The position numbers and the translations under genes are program-made. Of a stretch of 64,000 bases of DNA, positions 1-10,073 are shown one piece after another. The stretch comes from an uncultured Eubacteriales bacterium. Lineage in GTDB: Bacteria > Acidobacteriota > Aminicenantia > Aminicenantales > Aminicenantaceae. The number at the start of each line of letters is the position of its first letter. Position 1 is the stretch's first letter. Where the stretch lies: assembly GCA_964477275.1 (NCBI GenBank), contig CAYZDV010000001.1, positions 1,002 through 65,001 on the forward strand. The letters are read 5' to 3'. The notes beneath the pieces are model-generated. The model saw only the letters and a list, made by a program, of their open reading frames with translations, was not told where the DNA came from and ran no database searches.

Positions 1-333
1 GTCCAGGGCGGCGGCGGCCTGGGCCTCGCGGACGAACCGCTCTTTCGCTTCGGGGAACTGCGAAAGTTCGAACGGCAGGAGCTTTAAGGCGACTGCGCGC
101 TTGAGCTTCGTGTCCTCGGCCTTGAACACCACCCCCATGCCGCCCCGGCCGATCTCGCCGCTGATCCTGTATTTATTCGCGAAGAGCTCCCCTTTTTTCA
201 ACGCGGGAACGGGTGAGTCGAGAGTTTTCGTCAAAGAGGGGAGGCCTTGTCCCTCCGGGCCGAGGGGGGCTGCGCAGTTGCTGCAAAACCGGGAGGTCTC
301 GGGATTATCGGAATGACACCGGGAGCACTTCAC
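1..333 (-). CDS. Ser/Thr protein kinase, N-terminal part (continues off the 5' edge); N-terminal CxxC...CxxC zinc ribbon followed by kinase subdomains I-II
   Basis: The reverse-strand translation reads VKCSRCHSDNPETSRFCSNC...GELFANKYRISGEIGRGGMGVVFKAEDTKLKRAVALKLL. This gives the Gly-rich loop GxGxxG and the AxK lysine. A GTG start at 331-333 is preceded by AAGGGAGAA. The ORF is absent from the supplied track because it has no ATG. Confidence 0.6.
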   Translation of the reverse strand, partial: MKCSRCHSDNPETSRFCSNCAAPLGPEGQGLPSLTKTLDSPVPALKKGELFANKYRISGEIGRGGMGVVFKAEDTKLKRAVALKLLPFELSQFPEAKERFVREAQAAAALD

Positions 334-515
334 CTCTTGTTCTCCCTTGTTGGATAAATAATAAAACAATGTATTCTAAAACACAACATCAATCTTCATT
401 CAAAAAAGGCACAAAACAACAGAAATGGCTTTGAAGAAGAAATTTTTTGCGATGGTAGGGGACATGATGAATTTCCTCCTTGAATAAATTTGTTTATCAA
501 TTCATTTAAACAATA

Positions 516-601
516 CGGTTCTCTTCCATTTTGTGCGGGTCCTTGAATGACGAAAATACTCTGAAATGGCGTCGCTCCCTTCGGATTTTTAACGCCATTC
601 C
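516..601 (+). repeat. Conserved leader element family A, copy 1 (about 86 bp) in a divergent intergenic region
   Basis: About 88% identical to 24348-24433. It contains ccattt/aaatgg and aatggcgt/acgccatt complementary segments. It lies about 35 bp downstream of a TTGAAT -35-like hexamer. Confidence 0.5.
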
Positions 602-1112
602 CTCACCGTCCATCTCCGCGCCTGAGGAACTCCGCACTCAAGACAGGTCACCTCGAACCGGATGTCCGTGTTCAGTCATTTTTTCACCAGACTGTTAAAA
701 TCTTATTTTCTTGCGGAGGAGAATTCAAGTTTTTTATCTTCCGGGCAGGCGTGCTTCAGCATTCTCCCCAATTTGTTGATAGAATGTCAATGCAGGCGAC
801 ATGTGAATAACCACTTTCTGATTTCTATCGGCAATTTTGGGCCTTCATATTAACATTGCAATTTTCAGGTAAAATGTCAAAAATGTGAGAGTGATCTCAT
901 TTCCATATCAAAGAGATATTTTCCAGGTAAAATTCAGAGAATTCCTTAATAATATTATGAACGCAATAAATAAAGTGACAGTGTATGCGCGGAGTTGAGG
1001 CCGCCCCTCAAGCCCCCGTAGCGGGGGGGTCCCGTTGGCTTTTCCGACGGGGGCTGGGGGCAGCCTCGGCGTTGCATATGTTTTGTCACATCTTCCATTG
1101 CAGTTGCATAGT

Positions 1113-1499
1113 ATGCGAGGGAGAACACAGATAAAAAGAGGCCTTCGGTTTTTTCTCAGCCTGACCTTCCTTCTGGGATTGTGTCTGGGCTCAAAAGCTC
1201 AGTTCACACCCAGGGAGTTGGCCGAAAGACACCGGTGGGAAGAATTCCTGAGGACGGCCAGGATCGTGTCCCAGCAACAGATGCATGGCCGGGAAGCGGT
1301 CACTGAGCCCTGGCGCCTGACCCTGATAAAAGATGGCATCCGGAGGGATGCGCTGTGGAAAAATGCGCAGGGCCGCCAGAAGGGTTTTCTGGAAAACTGG
1401 AAATGGGAAATCGAGGCCGTTTGTTTCCGCCGGGACCTCATCCTCTCCGAAATCGAAAGACTTATCCAGCTTTACGGGGAAGAAAACGTCCTGTATTGA
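1113..1499 (+). CDS. Small secreted hypothetical protein (signal peptide)
   Basis: ORF with an internal Met followed by RGRTQIKRGLRFFLSLTFLLGLCLGSKA, which looks like a signal peptide. No recognisable domain. There is no clear RBS, so the start is uncertain. Confidence 0.3.
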   Translation: MRGRTQIKRGLRFFLSLTFLLGLCLGSKAQFTPRELAERHRWEEFLRTARIVSQQQMHGREAVTEPWRLTLIKDGIRRDALWKNAQGRQKGFLENWKWEIEAVCFRRDLILSEIERLIQLYGEENVLY

Positions 1500-1727
1500 G
1501 AATATCAAGCAGGTATTCAGCATTTGTTTTTTTAAACCAGGAGGCAGCGGGGATTTCCTGCCCGTTGAAGCATTTCCAAAATCCGTGATGGCAGAATGGT
1601 CGAGTAAGAAATGCTCACCTGTCCGCATAAAATTTTGACAGAGCGGCGTCCATGTGAAATAATTCCCGGAAGCGCGGCGCGTACACTCTGTGGCGATGGC
1701 ATTCGTTACGCAGTAAGTTAGAGGGAC

Positions 1728-2990
1728 ATGTCAGGATCGAAGCCTGAAAAGGGAAAGCAGCTATTCATCAGGATGGGCACTGCGCTTGGCCGGTCGCTGT
1801 TTTCTTTCTTCATTCCCGGCGGCCTTATCCTCCTCATCGCTTTTCTGTTGACCCTGGGTCAGCTGGTGGAATCGTTGCCCGGCCTTATCCGCATCTTGCC
1901 CCTGGTTATCCTGGTGGCGGGTGTGCTTATCGGCTGGCGGTTTAACCGGAGCAATTTGATTTTCGTCCTGCTCTGGCTGGCAATCGCTGACCGCGCGCTG
2001 CTCCATTTTGCTCCGGGAGAAGCTTTTTCCCAGGGAGTGGGCCGCACCCTGTATAACTCCATCGCTTTCCTTCTTCCCGTGAACCTCGTTTTTTACTCCA
2101 TGGCCAAGGAAAGGGGGATACTGAACTGGCACGGCCTGCGCCGTTTGAGCCTGATTCCTGCCCAGGCTTTTGCTGTAGCCATCATATCCAGCTACCCCCA
2201 GCTGGGGTTTGCCGTCTATCTGGAACACTCGTTCCTGAACTGGCCGCTGTTTAACGAGACACCCATTTCTCAACCCGCGCTTTTGGCCTTCGGAGCGGCG
2301 GCCCTGCTGCTGATGGCGCGCTGCATCCAGTTTCGCGGAGTGAACGATTGTGCCTGTTTCTGGGCTCTTTTCTCGGGGTTTTTCTCTTTGAACGTCCAGA
2401 AGACCGGTCCTGTATGCACACTCTATTTGACCACGGCGGGCATCATTCTTCTTGTTTCGGTGATAGAGACATCCTTCGGCAGGGCCTTCCATGACGAGCT
2501 CACCGGCCTCCCGGCCAGACGGTCTCTGAATGAAACCCTCTTCACGCTCGGAAGCCGCTATACGGTGGCCATGGTCGATATCGACAACTTCAAGAACTTT
2601 AACGATAGCTACGGTCATGACACCGGGGACCAGGTTTTGCGGATGATCGCTTCAAAGCTGAGCCACGCTTCTGGAGGCGGCAAAGCTTACAGATATGGAG
2701 GCGAGGAGTTTGTCATCGTTTTTCCAGGAAAATCCGCGGAGGAGGCCATCCCTTACCTGGAAGCGTTGAGGAAAGCCGTCGAGAGCGCGGATTTTTTTAT
2801 CCGGGGCGGCGAACGGAGACAGAAAAAGGGAAGAATAACAGGAAAATCGCGAGGCAAAACCACGGTCACCATCAGCATTGGCGTGGCCGAGAGAAACGAC
2901 CGCAGCCTGAATCCTCACCAGGTCATCAGGCAGGCGGACAGGGCCCTCTATCGAGCCAAAAATAAAGGGCGCAACCAGGTCAGCAAATAG
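1728..2990 (+). CDS. Membrane-anchored diguanylate cyclase (GGDEF domain)
   Basis: About 250 aa of hydrophobic helices, then the DIDNFKNFND...YRYGGEEFVIVFPG...RALYRAKNKGRNQV GGDEF signature (GGEEF active site). Confidence 0.85.
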   Translation: MSGSKPEKGKQLFIRMGTALGRSLFSFFIPGGLILLIAFLLTLGQLVESLPGLIRILPLVILVAGVLIGWRFNRSNLIFVLLWLAIADRALLHFAPGEAFSQGVGRTLYNSIAFLLPVNLVFYSMAKERGILNWHGLRRLSLIPAQAFAVAIISSYPQLGFAVYLEHSFLNWPLFNETPISQPALLAFGAAALLLMARCIQFRGVNDCACFWALFSGFFSLNVQKTGPVCTLYLTTAGIILLVSVIETSFGRAFHDELTGLPARRSLNETLFTLGSRYTVAMVDIDNFKNFNDSYGHDTGDQVLRMIASKLSHASGGGKAYRYGGEEFVIVFPGKSAEEAIPYLEALRKAVESADFFIRGGERRQKKGRITGKSRGKTTVTISIGVAERNDRSLNPHQVIRQADRALYRAKNKGRNQVSK

Positions 2991-3040
2991 GATGAGGATT
3001 GAGAAAATGTCGCAAAAACCGCAAACAGAGGAGGTATGAG

Positions 3041-5080
3041 ATGAGAAAAACAGCCTCAATCTTGATTATGTTTTGTCTTCTCCTGTTATGGGGAGGAGCC
3101 GGGCCTTCGCTCAGCTGGGAAAAAAATTACAGGTTGCTCGAGAAAGAAACCTTTCTGGAGATGGAGTCCATCGACAGCCCCGGCATATCCCCTGATGGAA
3201 GGTATATTCTTTTTACCCGCAGCTGGGTGGACAGGATGGAAGACCGGAGGAGAACCAATCTGTGGATGGTGGACGCGGACGGCAGCCGGGTGCGGGAACT
3301 GACTCACGGGAACTGGAGGGATTTTTCTCCTGCCTGGTCGCCTGACGGCAAAAAAATTGCCTTCCTCTCCGACCGAGACGGAACCACCCAGATTCACGTG
3401 ATGTGGCTGGATACCCGGGAAGTTGCCCAATTGACCCATCTGGAACGGGCCCCGGCAGACCTGACCTGGTCGCCGGATGGAAAACATCTGGTCTTCACCC
3501 TGTTCATCCCTGACACCCGACCGATTCTCTCTGTCAAACTCCCCGAGAGACCCAAGGGCGCAAAATGGGCAGACCCGGCTTTGATCATCGACCGATTATC
3601 CTGGAGAAGAGATGGAAGAGGGGATATCCCCAAAGGTCATGACCATATCTTCGTGATCGATGCGGTGCTGGGCGGGACTCCCCGGCAGGTCACTTCCGGC
3701 GATTTTTCCCATAACGACCCTCAGTGGTCAGCGGATGCGAAAAAGATTTTTTTCAGCGCCATCCGAAAGCCTGATGCCGAATATCTGTGGGGAGATACAG
3801 AGATTTATTCGGTCCAGCTGGAAACCCTGGAGGTCAAAGCCCTGACCGACCGCAATGGACCTGACCGGTCTCCACGGGTTTCACCGGATGGAAAGTGGAT
3901 TGCCTACACCGGATACGATGATAAGAACTTCACCAGTCATCTCTCTGACCTCTATCTTATGGACGTGGAAGGCGGTCGCAAGAAGACGCTGGCTGCCAAC
4001 CTTCCCAATTCGCCTTCTCAGATTTGGTGGGCGCCGGATAATTCCGGAACTTATTATCTGATGGCGGAGAAAGGGGAGTCCAACCTCTATTTTGTCTCCC
4101 TGGATCGGAAAATCAGCAAAATCACCGAAGGCGTTCACTATCTTTCCAGGTTCTCCATTTCCACCAACGGACAGGCAGCGGCCACACTTTCCACTTTTTA
4201 CCGGCCCGACTGCCTGGTGACTTTCCCCTTGAGCAAACCGCGCCAGATGAGAGAGCTGGTGGATGTCAACGCGGACATTCTTGCCGATATCCGTCTCGGG
4301 CAGGTTGAAGAGTTGTGGTTCAAGTCGCCCGATGGGCTTGACCTTCAGGGCTGGCTGATCAAACCGGCTGAATTTGAAAAAGGGAAAAAATACCCGATGA
4401 TTCTCTACATCCATGGCGGTCCCTGGGCCATGTACTCAGTCCGCTTCAACTGGGCCTGGCAGAATTTCGCGGCCAACGGTTATGCCGTTCTCTACATGAA
4501 TCCCCGGGGAAGCACAGGCTATGGCCAGGATTTTGTCAACGGAATTCAGCATTCCTACCCGGGAAAAGATTATGATGACCTGATGGCCGGAGTGGATGCT
4601 GCCCTGGCCAGAGGATTCATCGATGAAAAAAACCTCTTCGTCTGCGGCGGAAGCGGTGGCGGAGTGCTCACGGCCTGGATTGTCGGCCACACCAACCGCT
4701 TCCGCGCAGCCATATCCATGAGGCCGGTGATCAACTGGCACTCCTTTGTGGGAACCACTGACGGGGCCAACTGGTACAGGCAGTTCAGGAAATATCCCTG
4801 GGAAGACCCGATAGAATACGCGCGCCGTTCGCCCCTCCATTATGTGGGGAATGTCTCCACTCCCACGATGATCATGACCGGAGAGGAGGACCTGCGGACT
4901 CCGATCGGGCAGAGCGAGGAGTATTACCGCGCGTTAAAGATGCTCAAGAAAGACACCCTCCTGGTCAGGATGCCCGGTGAATACCACGGCTGGAGACGGC
5001 CTTCCCACCAGCTGCTCCAGCAGCTGTATCTTGTGGCCTGGTTCGAGAAATACAGGGCAAAGCCTGAAGAAGGGAAATAA
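3041..5080 (+). CDS. S9 family serine peptidase (prolyl oligopeptidase/acylaminoacyl peptidase type) with an N-terminal TolB-like beta-propeller; secreted
   Basis: Signal peptide. WSPDGK/ISPDG propeller repeats. C-terminal alpha/beta hydrolase with the nucleophile motif CGGSGGG. RBS AGAGGAGG sits 6 nt before the ATG at 3041. Confidence 0.85.
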   Translation: MRKTASILIMFCLLLLWGGAGPSLSWEKNYRLLEKETFLEMESIDSPGISPDGRYILFTRSWVDRMEDRRRTNLWMVDADGSRVRELTHGNWRDFSPAWSPDGKKIAFLSDRDGTTQIHVMWLDTREVAQLTHLERAPADLTWSPDGKHLVFTLFIPDTRPILSVKLPERPKGAKWADPALIIDRLSWRRDGRGDIPKGHDHIFVIDAVLGGTPRQVTSGDFSHNDPQWSADAKKIFFSAIRKPDAEYLWGDTEIYSVQLETLEVKALTDRNGPDRSPRVSPDGKWIAYTGYDDKNFTSHLSDLYLMDVEGGRKKTLAANLPNSPSQIWWAPDNSGTYYLMAEKGESNLYFVSLDRKISKITEGVHYLSRFSISTNGQAAATLSTFYRPDCLVTFPLSKPRQMRELVDVNADILADIRLGQVEELWFKSPDGLDLQGWLIKPAEFEKGKKYPMILYIHGGPWAMYSVRFNWAWQNFAANGYAVLYMNPRGSTGYGQDFVNGIQHSYPGKDYDDLMAGVDAALARGFIDEKNLFVCGGSGGGVLTAWIVGHTNRFRAAISMRPVINWHSFVGTTDGANWYRQFRKYPWEDPIEYARRSPLHYVGNVSTPTMIMTGEEDLRTPIGQSEEYYRALKMLKKDTLLVRMPGEYHGWRRPSHQLLQQLYLVAWFEKYRAKPEEGK

Positions 5081-5089
5081 GAGCGAAAC

Positions 5090-5749
5090 TCAAATGGTGA
5101 AGATGAGCTGGCTTTTCTTTTTCTTCCGGATGTTCTCATAGTGCTCGAAGAAATTCAGCATGTCGAGCAGGCTTTTTTTCTCCTTCATCCTCCATACCAC
5201 TTTCTCCTCGATGCGCTGGATGTTTTCAGCGCTGGCTATAATTCCGCTGATTTCTTTTTCTTCCATGACCACAATGCCATCTTCATCCCCGAAAACGATG
5301 TCCCCAGGAGAAACAGGGACTCCGCCACAATTGACAGGAATTTGCGTTTTGAAAATCCTGGCGGATGTCCCGGCGAGGGGAGTGGTATATCTGGCATAGA
5401 CCGGGATATTTACCGCTCTCATCCCGACCACATCCCGGCATGCGCCATCGACCACAATTCCTCCCAGGCTTCTTGAGTGAGCCTCGAGGGCAAATAACTC
5501 TCCGACCAGAGCCATGCGGTCTCCCTCTGCGTCGATGACCAGCACTTCGTCTTCCGTGGCCTCATGGAGAGCTTTGATGACGGTCAGAAAGTCAGCCTTG
5601 CATTTGACCGTGTGGGCGAGCCCGATCATTTTCAAGCCCGGGTTGATGGGCCGGATTCCCGGGTCCATGACCCTCAGATTTCGGCTGACATCACAGATAC
5701 AGGCGGTGTCGAGCCTGGCCAGTCTGCTTTTCAACTCTTTAAAATCCAT
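5090..5749 (-). CDS. RraA family protein (RNase E inhibitor RraA / 4-hydroxy-4-methyl-2-oxoglutarate aldolase-like)
   Basis: MDFKELKSRLARLDTACICDV...GDIVFGDEDGIVV is a typical RraA/MenG-like fold signature. AAAGGAGG RBS precedes the ATG at 5749. Confidence 0.75.
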   Translation of the reverse strand: MDFKELKSRLARLDTACICDVSRNLRVMDPGIRPINPGLKMIGLAHTVKCKADFLTVIKALHEATEDEVLVIDAEGDRMALVGELFALEAHSRSLGGIVVDGACRDVVGMRAVNIPVYARYTTPLAGTSARIFKTQIPVNCGGVPVSPGDIVFGDEDGIVVMEEKEISGIIASAENIQRIEEKVVWRMKEKKSLLDMLNFFEHYENIRKKKKSQLIFTI

Positions 5750-5961
5750 GACGCCTCCTTTATCCATTCAGTGATTATGAAGCACAAAAAATATAAATCA
5801 TCACTGTGAAATTTACAATTTGTTCCCGAAAAAAAGAAGCAATCTTGACAATAAAAAATGATTCCTTCATCATTTTTGCGATAATGAAGAGGATTGAGGG
5901 TTAAAGAGCCCCGGAATCTTGCCATATTCTCTCTGGAAAACTACTGACAAAGGAGGACAGC

Positions 5962-8643
5962 ATGAGTCGGCCTTCTCATTGGAAAAAGTCCATTTGTTTC
6001 ATTTTTCTCCTGACTCTGATGCTGGTCACCAGCGATTGTCGGAGAAAGGAGAGAGACGAGAACCGGCTGCCTTTCAGGAATCCCAGTCTGGGAATGGATG
6101 CCCGGGTGGATGACCTGGTTTCCCGGATGACCCTCGAGGAGAAGGTTTCCCAGCTGGTCCACGATGCAGCAGCCATCGACCGCCTCGGCATTCCCAGTTA
6201 CAACTGGTGGAATGAATGCCTGCACGGAGTGGCCAGGGCAGGGCTGGCCACGATCTTCCCTCAGGCCATTGGCCTGGCTGCGACCTGGGACACAAGGCTT
6301 CTTTTTCGGGTGGCCACAGCGATCTCTGACGAGGCCCGGGCCAAACACCATGAATTTGTCAGAAGGGGCAAGAGAGGAATCTACCAGGGGCTCACCTTCT
6401 GGTCGCCCAACATCAACATCTTCCGCGATCCTCGGTGGGGCCGGGGCATGGAAACTTACGGGGAGGACCCTTATCTTACGGCAAGGATGGCCGTCGCTTT
6501 TGTCCATGGCCTCCAGGGAGACCATTCGCATTACTTAAAAGTCGTGTCCACGCCCAAACACTTTGCGGTGCACAGCGGCCCTGAACCCGACCGTCACGCC
6601 TTCGACGCCCGGGCAGACGAGCGGGACCTCTGGGAGACTTACCTGCCGCATTTCCAGGCATGCATTGAAGAAGCAAGGGCTTATTCTGTGATGTGCGCCT
6701 ATAACAGATATATGGGAGAGGCGTGCTGCGGAAGCTCCCGTCTCCTGACCGAAATCCTTCGCGGGGAATGGGGGTTTGAGGGTTATGTGGTTTCAGACTG
6801 CGGTGCGATCAGGGACATCACCAGAGGACACCGGATCGTCGAAACCTCTCCTGAGGCCGCTGCTCTGGCCGTCAAATCGGGCTGCGACCTCAACTGCGGC
6901 AGTGAGTATAAAAGCCTGCTCGAAGCCGTTCAAAAAGAGTTGGTCACCGAAGCCGAAATCGATGTCTCGGTGAAGCGACTCTTCATGGCCAGGTTCAAGC
7001 TGGGGATGTTCGACCCGCCCCACCTCGTTTCTTACACCAGGATTCCTTATGAAATTGTCGACTGCGAGCCACACAGGCGAATGGCCCTGGAAGCGGCGAG
7101 AAAATCGATTGTGCTTTTGAAGAACGAAGGAAACATCCTTCCCCTTCCCAGGAACCTCCGGGAAATCGCTGTCATCGGGCCCAACGCGGATGACGTGGAA
7201 GTCCTCCTCGGGAATTACAACGGAAATCCTTCAGATCCGGTTACGCTCCTGCGGGGAATCCGGGAAAAGGTGTCACCATCAACCAGAGTGACTTACGCTC
7301 CGGGCTGTGAGTGGGCAGAGAATCTTCCCCGTCTTGAACCGGTTCCATCATCGGTTCTTCATGTCTCGGAGGGAAAGAAACAGGAAAAAGGCCTGAGGGG
7401 GGAATATTTCGATAACCGGGAATTCAAGGGCAAGCCTGTTTTTACCCGAATCGATAAAGAGGTCGATTTCAACTGGTGGGATGGTGCGCCCCGGCATGAC
7501 TTTGACGACGATAATTTCGGGGTGCGCTGGACAGGCTTCCTGGTCCCGCCGTCCACAGGAAAATATGCACTGGGCGGCTGGGGCTTCAACGGGTTTCGAA
7601 TTTTTCTGGAAGACGAGCTGCTGGTCCAGTTTGATGGACGACACCACCCCAACAAAACCTATGGGTGGGTCGAACTTCAGAAGGGAAAGGCTTATAAAGT
7701 GAAGGTGGAGTTTTTCGAGCGTTCAGAGGACGCCCATATTCAGCTGTTATGGTCGGTGCCCGGAGTGGACCACGAGAGAGAAGCTCTGGAGCTGGCCGGG
7801 CGGGCAGATGTGGTCATCATGGTCATGGGGCTTTCCCCCCTTCTGGAAGGCGAGGAGATGAGAGTGGACGTCGAGGGGTTCAGGGGTGGAGACAGGCTGA
7901 CTCTGGGGCTCCCGGCCATTCAGGAACGGCTGATCAGTTCCATTCATGGCCTGGAAAAACCGGTCATTCTTGTCCTGCTCAACGGAAGCGCTCTGGCGGT
8001 GAATTGGGCCGACCAGAATATCCCGGCCATCGTGGAGGCCTGGTATCCTGGACAGGCAGCCGGCCGGGCTGTCGCCGATGTCCTCTTCGGGGATTATAAT
8101 CCGGCCGGACGCCTGCCGGTGACCTTTTACAAATCCGTCGACCAGCTTCCGACTTTCGAGGATTACAGCATGAAGGGTCGGACCTATCGCTATTTCGAAG
8201 GCGAGCCGCTCTATCCATTTGGCCATGGGCTCAGCTATACCAGGTTCAGCTATTCCAACCTTGTCGTTCCCAAAACCGTCCAGCAGCGCGAATACATTCC
8301 CATCTCGGTGGATGTGCAAAACGTGGGGGAAATGGCCGGGGAGGAAGTCGTCCAGCTTTATGTGTCTGATATCGAAGCTTCGGTTCCTGTCCCTCTTCGT
8401 TCCCTGCAGGGTTTCAAAAGGGTTTTTCTCAAACCGAAAGAGAAGCGAACGATCGAATTTCTGTTTGCTCCTCGACAGATCTCTCTGCTCGATCAGGAGT
8501 TCAAGCGGGTGGTCGAACCCGGGCTGTTTGAGGTGACTGTCGGAGGCAAACAGCCCGGATTCAAAGGCACAGCCGATGCCGCGAGCACCGAGGTCCTCAC
8601 TGCCCGGTTTGAAGTCCTGGGAGAGGTCACTCCCGTCCGCTGA
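5962..8643 (+). CDS. Glycoside hydrolase family 3 beta-glucosidase/beta-xylosidase with an inserted PA14 domain; lipoprotein/secreted
   Basis: [20 protein letters not shown] and YVVSDCGAI are GH3 motifs. A PA14 insert (GEYFDN...DNFGVRWTG) and a C-terminal fibronectin-like domain are present. N-terminal signal with Cys. Confidence 0.85.
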   Translation: MSRPSHWKKSICFIFLLTLMLVTSDCRRKERDENRLPFRNPSLGMDARVDDLVSRMTLEEKVSQLVHDAAAIDRLGIPSYNWWNECLHGVARAGLATIFPQAIGLAATWDTRLLFRVATAISDEARAKHHEFVRRGKRGIYQGLTFWSPNINIFRDPRWGRGMETYGEDPYLTARMAVAFVHGLQGDHSHYLKVVSTPKHFAVHSGPEPDRHAFDARADERDLWETYLPHFQACIEEARAYSVMCAYNRYMGEACCGSSRLLTEILRGEWGFEGYVVSDCGAIRDITRGHRIVETSPEAAALAVKSGCDLNCGSEYKSLLEAVQKELVTEAEIDVSVKRLFMARFKLGMFDPPHLVSYTRIPYEIVDCEPHRRMALEAARKSIVLLKNEGNILPLPRNLREIAVIGPNADDVEVLLGNYNGNPSDPVTLLRGIREKVSPSTRVTYAPGCEWAENLPRLEPVPSSVLHVSEGKKQEKGLRGEYFDNREFKGKPVFTRIDKEVDFNWWDGAPRHDFDDDNFGVRWTGFLVPPSTGKYALGGWGFNGFRIFLEDELLVQFDGRHHPNKTYGWVELQKGKAYKVKVEFFERSEDAHIQLLWSVPGVDHEREALELAGRADVVIMVMGLSPLLEGEEMRVDVEGFRGGDRLTLGLPAIQERLISSIHGLEKPVILVLLNGSALAVNWADQNIPAIVEAWYPGQAAGRAVADVLFGDYNPAGRLPVTFYKSVDQLPTFEDYSMKGRTYRYFEGEPLYPFGHGLSYTRFSYSNLVVPKTVQQREYIPISVDVQNVGEMAGEEVVQLYVSDIEASVPVPLRSLQGFKRVFLKPKEKRTIEFLFAPRQISLLDQEFKRVVEPGLFEVTVGGKQPGFKGTADAASTEVLTARFEVLGEVTPVR

Positions 8644-8723
8644 CATGATGGCTCCTTCAGGCAGTTTCCATTCCTGGCCTTCCTCCAGGAATAGAGTTAT
8701 AATAAACGCTAAAAAGGTGAGAA

Positions 8724-10073
8724 GTGAAGCTGCTGAAAATCGGAATATCCGGCGTCAGGGGCATTGTCGGAGAGACCATCATCCCGGAACTGGTCATGAA
8801 TTTTGCCTCCGCCTTCGGCACCTATCTCGGCCCGAGGAGGGTTCTGGTCGGCCGGGACACCCGGCGTTCAAGCCCGATGCTTCAGGAAGCCTGCCTCTCT
8901 TCGTTGATTTCCGCCGGATGTGATGTTCTGGACCTGGGAATTTGTCCGACTCCCATCCTTCAGTACATGGTCAAGCCGCTGAAGGCCGGCGGCGCGATAT
9001 CCATCACCGCGGGGCATAACGACGTCAAGTGGAATGCCCTGGTTTTCATCAGCCAGGAGGGAACGTGCCTGGATGTCTTCCAGGGGGAGCAGGTTCTGGA
9101 CATCTATCACCTGGGAAAATTTGCCAAAGCGACGGTCGATAAACTGGGGACGGTGTCGGCCGTTGATGATTATCCGGCCGCCTACTTTGAGCAGCTCCGC
9201 CATTTTCTGGAAGCCCGGGCTGTCAAGACGGCAAATCTGAAAGTTGTCATCGATCCCTGCAATGGAGCCGGGGCCAAGATGATTGACCTCTTCGGCGAGC
9301 ACCTGGGCTTTGAACTTGTGCCGGTGAATAACGACCAAACCGGCTATTTTCCTCATGATCCTGAGCCGAGACCGAGGAATGCCCAGGAAGTGGCCTCGAT
9401 TGTGAAGATTATCAGCGCCGATGTGGGTTTTTTGCTCAACAGCGATGTGAGCCGTGTCTCCATCGTCTCGGAAACCGGTGAGACTCTCTCCGAGGAATAC
9501 ACTCTTCCCCTCGTTGCCAGTCACTACCTGAAGAAGAACCCGGGTCCGGTCATCACCAATCATTCCACTTCCCGGATGATTGACGATGTGGCCAGGCAGC
9601 ATGACTGCGAACTGGTCAAAGTGAAAGTCGGACAGCCCCATTCCATTCAGGCCCTGCTCAATGAAGAGGGCGTTTTGGCCGGCGAAGGAAGCGGAAGCGT
9701 GGCCATCCCCCGCTTCCAGCCATCCTTTGACGGGTTTTTAGTCATGGGCGTCATCCTGGAGATGATCGCCGTGCGCAAAATGGGAATTTCCCGGCTCATC
9801 GAGGAGCTTCCCAAGTACCATATCGTCAAGGAGAAAATCTACTGTCCTCCAACCAGAGTTCACACCGTGGTCAACGAAGTCAAGAAACTTTTCTCTGATC
9901 AGAAAATCAGCACCGTGGATGGGATCAAAGTGGAAGATGAGACCGGCTGGGTTCATGTCCGGGCCTCGGCCACAGAGCCGATGATCCGGGTCATCGCCGA
10001 GGACATTTCCAGAGAGAAAGCCAGGGAGAAAACCGAAGAGGTCCTCAATTTTATTTCCGCCATGGTCAAATGA
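8724..10073 (+). CDS. Phosphohexomutase-family paralog with degenerate active site (predicted pseudoenzyme)
   Basis: Alpha-D-phosphohexomutase fold (ISGVRG...). The catalytic loop reads ITAGHND instead of TASHNP, so the phosphoserine is replaced by Gly. The metal loop reads NSDVSR instead of DxDxDR. GTG start. The 3' end overlaps the next gene by ATGA. Confidence 0.7.
   Translation: MKLLKIGISGVRGIVGETIIPELVMNFASAFGTYLGPRRVLVGRDTRRSSPMLQEACLSSLISAGCDVLDLGICPTPILQYMVKPLKAGGAISITAGHNDVKWNALVFISQEGTCLDVFQGEQVLDIYHLGKFAKATVDKLGTVSAVDDYPAAYFEQLRHFLEARAVKTANLKVVIDPCNGAGAKMIDLFGEHLGFELVPVNNDQTGYFPHDPEPRPRNAQEVASIVKIISADVGFLLNSDVSRVSIVSETGETLSEEYTLPLVASHYLKKNPGPVITNHSTSRMIDDVARQHDCELVKVKVGQPHSIQALLNEEGVLAGEGSGSVAIPRFQPSFDGFLVMGVILEMIAVRKMGISRLIEELPKYHIVKEKIYCPPTRVHTVVNEVKKLFSDQKISTVDGIKVEDETGWVHVRASATEPMIRVIAEDISREKAREKTEEVLNFISAMVK

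Noticed and set aside
1761-2618. 285-aa minus-strand ORF inside the GGDEF gene
   Set aside because: Antisense shadow ORF. The GGDEF frame has clear domain motifs.
8671-8691. Hairpin TTCCTGG-N7-CCAGGAA after the GH3 gene as an intrinsic terminator
   Set aside because: Only a 7-bp stem, and no U-tract follows. It may simply be spacer structure within an operon.
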